Below are positions 1-8,963 of a DNA stretch of 64,000 nucleotides, one piece after another. Made by a program: the position numbers and the translations under genes. The notes below the pieces were generated by a model that saw only the letters and a program-made list of their open reading frames with translations, was not told the origin of the DNA and searched no databases. Every line of letters begins with the position of its first letter. Position 1 is the stretch's first letter. Location of the stretch: NCBI GenBank assembly GCA_907165135.1, contig OU015568.1, positions 13,082,001 to 13,146,000 on the forward strand. Reading direction: 5' to 3'. This stretch comes from Oikopleura dioica. Its lineage: Eukaryota > Animalia > Chordata.

Positions 1-2238
1 TTATGAATATGCAGTAAATCATATTTTTATTACGAAAACTCTGTTTTTTTTTTGTGGGAAAGAATATCCTATTGGCTAAATCAAAGTATCTTACACATAA
101 AGATAGTTCTCTGTGCGGTTTTTGACCATAAAATCTGGTGAAAATTATTTTAAACCCACGAATATAAAAGTTATTGGTCCGGAAATGATGCAGCTCAAGG
201 TTAGAAAACGATACGGGCTAAGTTTTAACTGCTTTTCCTATGCTTACAACGAGTGTCTCCGGGAAAATACATCCGAAGTCGACAATTGTTTCAGTTGTTC
301 GCTCGATAATCCCAATGTGCTCTTTATGCTCGCTAAATGCTGAGATTAGGGCGGCGCAATTATCTGAAAATTACCTGTGAAGGGCATTCTGGTAGATCAA
401 GTGTGTGCCATTGTCTTCATGAGCCATTCCGCAGCCTGTGAGATCGTCGTCAATGACAAATGTGACAGTGTCGTTGTCATAATTCACGAAAGGCTGGCAT
501 CGGGCCGGATTATCAGAAGCCGAGGTTACGCTGTCGTCTGCTGAAAGAAAGAGATCTGGGATCTTTGCGTCTTCAAAGGCGCACTTTAAGACTTTTCAAA
601 AAAACTGTAAATTATCGAAGCAACTATTTGCCCTATTGTCATAAATCTTTTGAAAGTTATTCCTTCGGAAAATGAGCGGAAATTCGTTTTGGATGACAGA
701 AAATCGTCGCTTCCGTTAAATCACAAGTTGTAAACTCGGGCATACGCACACAGCGGTCACCCAAATGGTCGGGGCCGTCGCAGACGCAATCTTCTTCGTC
801 GTCTGGATTTGTGACATATCCGCGGTCGCAAGTGCACGAGTACGTTCCATGAGAGTCGAGACATCGCTGTCCGACTTTGCACGAATTGAACAAATGTGAA
901 CTACATTCGTCAAGGTTCTCGCATACCATGTCTGGAACAGATCCATCATACACAACCTACGATATTGTGAAGCGAAAGTTCAAGTTGTTATGCGTATTTT
1001 TGAAGGTTACGAATCATAACGGACAAAATATGTTAGCGAAGAATATAAAAGGGAGGTTAAAATACAGGAATATATCATACAGTTTTGTGTGCCTACAAAT
1101 CCTTTTAAAACCTTCTTATTGAAGCTTTTTATTGGCAGCCATCAAAAATATTTTGATAGCTTCTGTAGTGGCACTTGTGTTCGAGTATAGATGGTCATAA
1201 AATAGATGTTTTGTACTGCAATACCTTTGACGTTTCATTAAAGAAATTCAGAATATTTTCTGATTGATAAAAATCCTGTAAAATAACAAATAAAATTTTG
1301 CACTCTTTTCTTATCTATAAACTACCAACTTGAATTCAAAACCCACTCAATACCTTCAAATAATAAATAATCTTAATTTCGACTTAGCTTGAGATTTTTA
1401 TTGACTTACTCGTTCGTCTACCTTATTAGAAGTATCGTTGATGCTCACGAAACCACGATCACACACACAATAATTCACTGGTAGGTCATCAGAGTCTTTT
1501 CCGAAGGCGCAGTGTTGGTTGTCTCCGCATGTGACATCGATACACCCCGTACTCGGTCGGCAAGTGACGTCTGTCGCGTCCGTAGCAAAAATTCCAGTGG
1601 CGGATTCAGACCATGTACCATCTGTGAGAACGTAAGCGTCCGTGTTGTCGCTGCAGATGCACTTTGCTTCTCCGTTGTCGTCGAAGCAATCACTGCCGCT
1701 TGTTGAGCAGGTCACACCAAGGCACGGGTTATCCCTTTTCACGGTTTTACCGAAAGGCTGCTCTCAAAAGGGAAATTTAATATTTCGGTGACACCGTGCC
1801 TAACACATCCAACACCGTCCTCCCAGTTGACAAAGCCGTTTTCACAATGGCACTGCGCGCTTCCTGTACTTTCATCACAAAAGGCATGCACGCCACAGTC
1901 TCCCCCAGTCAATGTTTCTTTGTGTCGATCGCAGGCAGTTTCAAACTTGCAAGTGCTGTCGTAGCTGACTCCATTTATAGTTTGTGCGTCGTCGTTCTCC
2001 ACGAAACCATCGTTACAAGTGCAATAGCAAGGATTCTCATCTGAAATTTGAAGGGCATATTCGAAACATCCGACATTGGTATCGCAACTTGCTTGTAAGA
2101 ATCCACAGTCGTTAATATTCTAAAGATTTGCAAAAAGAATATCCGAAAAATGAGGCTTACCCGACAAGTGGTTTCGGAAACCTTTGCTGCCTCTAGGCCT
2201 GTGCCCAGGAGCACAGTGCCCAAAGCGGGCAGTTTCAT
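1..2238 (-). CDS. Secreted multi-EGF + ZP-domain protein (uromodulin/oikosin-like), 3' end runs off the window
   Basis: Signal-like start MKLPALGTVLLGTGLEA (ATG 2238). Several EGF repeats, including calcium-binding DECSSHLFNSCKVGQRCLDSHGTYSCTCDRGY. ZP-N-like exons VTFVIDDDLTGCG..HLIYQNA and IVDFGCIFP near 230-590. Multi-exon. Confidence 0.75.
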
Positions 2239-2493
2239 TTTCTTTCTTTCTCTGTTTTTCTTTTTTCTGGGTGATCTTGATACTAAAGTAGACTTATTTT
2301 GCACGCTTGAAAAGATGATGCTAGCTGCTCGTAAAAAATGATACAACAGCTTAATAGCGCTGTGTTTTGTCGAAGTGATTATTATAGCGTTACGTAGCAG
2401 TGGCTTCTACAATTACAATGTCAGTGGACGGAATTTGACCAGCAGATTGATATTTTGCAATGAAAACGCAATTTTAGTCCTGTCATTTATTGG

Positions 2494-3556
2494 TTACGCG
2501 CAGTATGCTGTCATGAATCGGTTATTTTTGCAGTAAACCTTGATTTTCAGGTCGTAGTCTCTCAGCGTTATCGGGATGCTGGCATCTCGACCTCCAGAAA
2601 GAACCAGAGCGGCGGTATACAAGCCGATTTCAAATTCAGGAGACGTTCCAAGGAGAAATCCTCCTTTAGGCTTTTCAACGTCGATTCCTGAAAGTTTATT
2701 ATCGCATGGCTTGAGAAGTAGTTAACCTTTTGCTTCGCAAGCAAACTTGATCGTGATGGAAACTGGAGAGTCGTCATCTTCATGGCCATATTTTGGCTTA
2801 ATTATGCATTTATGAATTGCTTTTACTTTCTGTGGTTTACATAATAGCCCTTGTAGTCCAAAATACCGTGCTTTTCCAGCTGATAGAATCTCATCCAATT
2901 ATGAAAGCCGAGTACTTCTCCATCCCGTGTTTCACCGACAAAAATGTGCTCGAAGGCGCTCGAGTCTTCTGTTCGTCGTTTTCTTGTTTCGTAGCTTCTT
3001 CCGTACATATTGAACCAGACGTTGTTAAGGCATTCCTTGAACTCATCCATGTCTTCAGGCGCGAGCTCCTTTGAAACCAGCCACTGGTGAATATTCCAAA
3101 TGACATCTGATTCGCAAATTGCGTCCAGGAAGGACCACTGTTCTTCAATTTCTTCCTCGCTTATATCTTCGGCAACGCCCGTCTCACTTTTATTGATTCA
3201 AAAACTGACGGAATCGTAAACATATTTTTTGGGTTTTAAAATCGTTTCCTCGAGTAGTTATCCATCAACCGCATGAAAGTATAGTAGGTCTTTCTGTTGA
3301 TCAAATCCTCAGAAACTGAAGAAAACAACGGGTCTTCAGCCTTATCCTCATCATCGTTGTAGCGTGTTCGTCCCCCAAGATCAATTTCGAAATCTTGACC
3401 AACAATTGCCGCGTTACCGTCATAATTCTAACGCACAATTTTAAAGATAAGAGAAGCTTTAATTACCCAAAGTAAATTCGAAAATTCAGAGAACTCGGCC
3501 CAAAGAGCGTCGCGCTCCTCATCATCCATGTCGCGCACTTTTTCGATAAACTCCAT
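2494..3556 (-). CDS. ENDOU: Poly(U)-specific endoribonuclease, XendoU/EndoU family
   Basis: Catalytic motif SSAFEHIFVGETRDGEVLGFHNWMRFYQLEKHG. ATG 3556 (MEFIEKVRD); last exon ends ...RFMTAYCA* at 2494. Confidence 0.9.
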
Positions 3557-3825
3557 TTTCTCTTTCAGCAAGTCTACCAAATAAATGAACGCGGTCAATA
3601 ATTATCAATAAAAAGGTCAGGTTTAGGGTGGTAGGATCCTTCGCGCTACGTGCCACTTACCTTTGACTCACCTGCCTGTCGAGTGGCAAATATAAAAAGA
3701 CAAACAAAAATTTAATGCCCAATTTCAGTGAACACTTATAACGGGGACTTGCGGTCTCAAACAGAAAACGAAGCCGGTGGAGATACATAGCGACTAGAAA
3801 AATTAAGAACAAAGGATGTTTAAAT

Positions 3826-4466
3826 TTATTCCCAGCCATTCGGAGGACAGGGCATTTGATGAAAATCTTGCAGGATGAACAATGTTTCTCGAAGTTTCAC
3901 TGCGCATAAAACATTTCCGACGTGCCAAAACTAAAAACGTATATAATAATGATAACTTTAGGGTACTTGGTGGCTGGCTCCGAAAACATTAAAGCGCCCC
4001 GGAAAAAATCTCTCCGGAAATTTCGTCAAATAGAAAAAAAGAAAGAAAATTGCCAAAATAAGAAACTCGGCGAATGATTTAACAGATGCCAAATCGTAAG
4101 CTATCCCAACGCCATATTTTCCAAGTGAATGAAAAAATGGAATGATTGAGTAAATTGACAAAATTGCGAATGAGAATGCTCGACAACAGTCGCTTCCGTG
4201 GTGGTAATTCTTCTCATAATTTTTCTATATTTAGGCTATTAAAAGTCTCATGTGTCCAGATATTCATCGTCTCCGTATGGAGGAAAAACCACGAAGAAAT
4301 AAACTCGCTTGCCTTGGTTAGCTCTGGTCTGAAATAATCAGTCAAGAAGTGACGACTATTTGAGTTTCAAAAATCAATTCATCAAACGTTATTCGAAACT
4401 CTTTTAGAACTCTTTGCCGGCCCTTTTTCTCCAAGGGGCGATTTCCGAATATTTCAGGAGTTTCAT
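3826..4466 (-). pseudogene. PAQR (adiponectin/progestin receptor, HlyIII family) copy 1, internally deleted
   Basis: HTETMNIWTH motif is followed, after only 25 nt, by the TM5-7 exon (KFPERFFPGRFNVFGASHQ). TM1-4, present in copy 2, are missing. Confidence 0.75.
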
Positions 4467-4655
4467 TCTCTTGGTCTGTTTAAAAAAGTCACGGGAATAC
4501 TATAGCCGCAATAGTTCTCAAATTAATTATTTTTACAAAAATATGAAAACGGAAGCAGAGCAGAATTTCAAATAACCGCACAGTTACGTCGATTAGGGTT
4601 AGCGTTATGATCATATGAACTATCTTTTAGAATCGAGAACGAAGGGTGTTATAAT

Positions 4656-7600
4656 TTATTCCCAGCTATTCGGAGGACAGGGCATTTTATGAAATTCTTG
4701 CAGGTTGAGCATCGTTTCTCGTAGTTTCACTGCACACAGAACAACTCCAACGTGCCAAATCTCAAAACACATAAAATGATCATTATTTTAAAACTTGATT
4801 TTACCTGATGACTGGCGCCAAAAACATTAAAATGTCCCCGAAAGAATATCTCTGGAAACTTTGTCAAGTAGAAAGAAACCGAAATTATTGCCGTAAGAAG
4901 AAACTCGACAAATGAACTGACAGACGCCCAGTCGTAAGCTTTTCCAAGGCCATATTTTCCGAGAGAATGGAGAAATGGAATGAGTGTGTAAATTGACAAA
5001 ATTGCGAATGAGAATGCACGACAACGGTCGGTTCCGTTGTGGAAATTTTTCTCGTAGTCTTTCTTTTTAGGACTTTTTAGTTTTCTTCCTATTTTTTTGG
5101 TAAAAATCCACTTCACTGTTTACTTTCCTTATTTATCGGTAGGTAAACTTGATGAAAAATGAGCTCTTTTTAGAGCTTATAAATCAGGGAGTATAATACA
5201 GTTTTAGAATCCTCAGAAGCTGGGGATCATTTTGACTATTGACACTTGGGGGTTTTGCTCATGCCCTGAGGGGTTTTAGGCCTTCCAAAGTCCCAAAATT
5301 TGGCCAATCTCGGTTAGAGGCTCATAACTTTTCTTCTCCCCACTTCTGGAGAAAGCCCACTATATGAGCTTGTAGAGGAGGCTCTGACGGTTCAGAATGT
5401 GTATAGAAAACCACCGGACACCCCCCATTCTAGAGCCTCTGGAAGGCCCGGAAGTTGGGGAAGTCAACGGAAAATCAGTATTTTTACGAAAATAGAGTAA
5501 AAGTGCAATATTTTCATCGGACATTGTTAGAAAAACGTTTTCTGACTTTATGACGCACAAAATTTACTCTGGGTTCATTTTAGGTCACGTGGGGTCATAT
5601 TGTGAGAAAAATTGAATTTCGTAAAAACTCACCCCGAAAGGACCCCAGACTAAATTTTGTGCGTCATAAAGTCAGTAAATACGTTTTTCTTACGATTTCC
5701 GATGAAAATGTTGCACTTTTAATCTATTTCCGTAAAAAGTACTGATTTTCCGTTGACTTCTTCAACTTCAGGGCCTTCTAGAGGCTCTAGAATGGGGGGT
5801 GTCCGGTGGTTTTCTATACACATTCTGAACCGTCAGAGCCTTCTCTACAAGCTCATATAGTGGGCTTTCTCCAGAAATGGGGAGAAGAAAAGTTATGAGC
5901 CTGTAACCGAGATTGGCCAAATTTTGGGACTTTAGAAGGCCTTAAACCCTCAGGGCATGAGCAAAACCCCCAAGTGTCTATAGTTAAAATGATCCCCAGC
6001 TTCTGGGGATTCTAAAACTGTATTATACTCCTGATTTATAAGCTCTAAAAAGAGCTCATTTTTCATCAAGTTTACCTATTTATTGGTGATCCCTTCCTGA
6101 AGAGAAAACGCAATCGTGAGCAAAAGAAATATGTAAAAACTCTAAATAATAAATAAGTTTCGTAAATGACTAATTCCGATTACATACGTTCCACAGCGGG
6201 TCGCAGCGGAAAGCAAAGGACACTAGAAATATATTTTTGAGAAAACTGAAAAGTTCTTGTTTCAAGGAACGAGTATGCTCAGGTGAAAGAGCATCCTCGA
6301 TTACGTATGCTGACTCAATCCGGTGGGGGCTGAAAACGGAAATTTTCGAAAAATGGGGTCGAAATCTCGAAAATGGTGGTTCTTATGACGCCAGTTTTGG
6401 GTACTTTTACTTTCCCGTTTTAAAAGGTCAATAGCTCATTTTGTAGCTCAGAGCCTGTGCTTTGCTGCAAGGTATTGATTAGCCGGTCAGTATTAGCCAA
6501 AAAATTTTTCAGGACCTGAGAAGGTTGGGTACTTTTTCGCGATAAGCATGTCCCTTTCTTCTTTGATTTTGGCTAATTTTGTTCTATGTCAGGGTTGGCT
6601 GAATAAAGATTGTTATCATTGCCACTTATTGCCACTCTCTGCCGGAGGACCTCCCGGAGGACCCTTTTCCTGGAAGACCAACTGCTGGAAGACCAATATA
6701 AATAAATGAATAAATAACCTTGCTTGGCCACAAATTGCCACATTTGGACAATTTCGGCAGCTTTATGCCGGAGGACCTCCCGGAGGACCCCTTACTGGAA
6801 GACCAACTGCTGGAAGACCAATATAAATAAATGAATAAATAACCTTGCTTGGCCACAAATTGCCACATTTGGACAATTTCGGCAGCTTTATGCCGGAGGA
6901 CCTCCCGGAGGACCCCTTACTGGAAGACCAACTGCTGGAAGACCAATATAAATAAATGAATAAATAACCTTGCTCGGCCACAAATTGCCACATTTGGACA
7001 ATTTCGGCAGCTTTATGCCGGAGGACCTCCCGGAGGACCCCTTACTGGAAGACCAACTGCTGGAAAACTTGTGGGGAATGAATCTGTCTGGAAGCTCAAG
7101 CACATTAAACTCAGTCAGCCGTAGTTGAGGCCATTCAAGCTCATTAGATTCAGTAAGGCAGGGGCGAAGCCGACCCGAAGGGGAGGCCACGGTCGTTTAT
7201 TTTATTCAATCAGAGTCAGAGCGAAGCCGACCCGAAGGGGAAGCCATGTCCGTTCATTTTATTTAATCAGAGTCAAGGCGAAGCCGACCCGAAGGGGAGC
7301 TCACGTGCGTTCATATTATTCAATCTGAGTCAGGGCGTAAAGGATATAATTTTTTTTAGTCTTTTCTGGTTGGCTTTCGTCTTTTTTAATTTTTGTTCCT
7401 TTTGGAATCCCGAACGTTGAATCTGTTGAAAACGTCCGAGATTATTCGGGAGACTGAAAGATTTGAAAATCTCGAAATATTCGGGATCTTGAAATTTTGA
7501 AAGAGACAACCCTTTCCCTAACTCAGACTTTATCAAATAAACGGGCGTTTATCAAATAAATAATTACTGAATCTAATGAGCTTGAATGGCCTCAACTACG

Positions 7601-8609
7601 GCTGACTGAGTTTAATGTGCTTGAGCTTCCAGACAGATTCATTCCCCACAAGTTTTCCAGCAGTTGGTCTTCCAGTAAGGGGGTCCTCCGGGAGGTCCTC
7701 CGGCAGAGAGTGGCAATAAGTGGCAATGATAACAATCTTTATTCAGCCAACCCTGACATAGAACAAAATTAGCCAAAATCAAAGAAGAAAGGGACATGCT
7801 TATCGCGAAAAAGTACCCAACCTTCTCAGGTCCTGAAAAAATTTTTTGGCTAATACTGACCGGCTAATCAATACCTTGCAGCAAAGCACAGGCTCTGAGC
7901 TACAAAATGAGCTATTGACCTTTTAAAACGGGAAAGTAAAAGTACCCAAAACTGGCGTCATAAGAACCACCATTTTCGAGATTTCGACCCCATTTTTTCG
8001 AAAATTTCCATTTTCAGCCCCCCACCGGATTGAGTCAGCATACGTAATCGAGGATGCTCTTTCACCTGAGCATACTCGTTCCTTGAAACAAGAACTTTTC
8101 AGTTTTCTCAAAAAATATATTTCTAGTGTCCAAAGTGAATGATTGGAATCGTATAAAATACTTGCGAGCACCAAATTCCGATAAAATCCGCTCTTTCGCC
8201 GAAGTGAAAAGTCGGTTTATTTCCGCATTCAGTAGTATGACAGAAAGTCGAGAAAACGACACAAATAATCGAAGAGATGATAAAAAGCGTGACGAGACAG
8301 TTCTCGTAAGTTGAGCTTCCTCTTGGGTTGAAAATTGATTCAATAAGCCAAGGGAGAAAAAAGAATACTGCAAGCCCATGCGTCCAGATATTCATTGTCT
8401 CCGTATGCAGAAAGAACCAAGAAGAAATGAATTCATAAGGCGTTCTTAGCTCTGGCCTGAAACAATCAGTCAACAATTGGCGTCTGGCAATTCGAGTTCC
8501 AAAAGCAAAAAAAAATCAGTAAAATTAATAAACAAAACACTTTGTTTTGGAACCCTAACCCAGCCCTTTTTCTCCAAGGAGAGATTTCTGAATATTTCAG
8601 GAGCTTCAT
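4656..8609 (-). CDS. PAQR copy 2, full length but interrupted by two palindromic elements (possible pseudogene)
   Basis: PAQR motifs ETMNIWTH, STFCHT...ADFIGI and ASHQ/IWH. Removing 6218-8131 plus one AAA restores IPIIHFAFRCDPLWN. The element at 5140-6078 lies in a predicted GA-AG intron. Confidence 0.8.
5140..6078. mobile_element. Palindromic non-autonomous DNA transposon (hAT-type foldback MITE) A
   Basis: Arms ~5140-5576 and ~5641-6078 are near-perfect reverse complements. Ends TAGGTAAAC...GTTTACCTA. Flanks TTTATCGG (5132-5139) and TTTATTGG (6079-6086) form an 8-bp TSD with one mismatch. Confidence 0.9.
6641..7065 (+). repeat. ~125-bp tandem repeat, ~3.4 copies, in the left arm of element B
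   Basis: Unit GCCGGAGGACCTCCCGGAGG... starts at 6641, 6767, 6892 and 7017. Confidence 0.95.
7158..7335 (+). repeat. ~58-bp degenerate tandem repeat, 3 copies, in the spacer of element B
   Basis: GCGAAGCCGACCCGAAGGGG followed by an AT-rich half ending AATCAGAGTCA or a close variant, three times. Confidence 0.85.
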
Positions 8610-8963
8610 TCTCTCTTTGGTCTTTTTGAAGATAAATTCGACTGTTCTTGAATCAATTATTTTCACAAAAATATGAAAACGGAAGCAAAGTAGCATTATA
8701 AATTTTTTTCTTGGACACATGTCACATGTTAGTTACGGACAGTTATCTCGACTACAACATTGATAACAATTTAATTGATTATCAACTGCGTTGTAGACAA
8801 CATAATGCGGCCAAACTTGACCAGGGTGCATAAAACTTGCACAATTTCGATTTCGTCGTGATTGAGCCTTTATTTTGGGTTTTCCTAAGCTCCCCGGCGG
8901 GTTTTCGTGGTGCCTCCTCAACTGACGCATCTGGTGTAGGAATACATGGCTCAGACGAAAAAA

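Larger units (their letters stand above)
6218..8131. mobile_element. 1.9-kb foldback element B with 3-bp TSD
   Basis: Inverted arms 6218-7156 and 7564-8131; ends GGACACTAG...CTAGTGTCC; AAA on both flanks; no transposase ORF. Confidence 0.9.

Noticed and set aside
5140-5141. TA target duplication (Tc1/mariner) for elements A, C and D
   Set aside because: All three have 8-bp direct repeats outside the TA, so TA belongs to the terminal inverted repeat.
6221-8128. CACTA (EnSpm) assignment for element B from the internal CACTAG...CTAGTG
   Set aside because: The inverted repeat extends 3 bp further (GGA/TCC), and only the AAA-TSD boundary restores the PAQR motif spacing.
5360-8174. ORFs inside elements A and B (e.g. 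6626-6868, 6763-6993, 6237-6434, 7923-8174)
   Set aside because: Products of tandem or inverted repeats; no transposase or other domain motifs.
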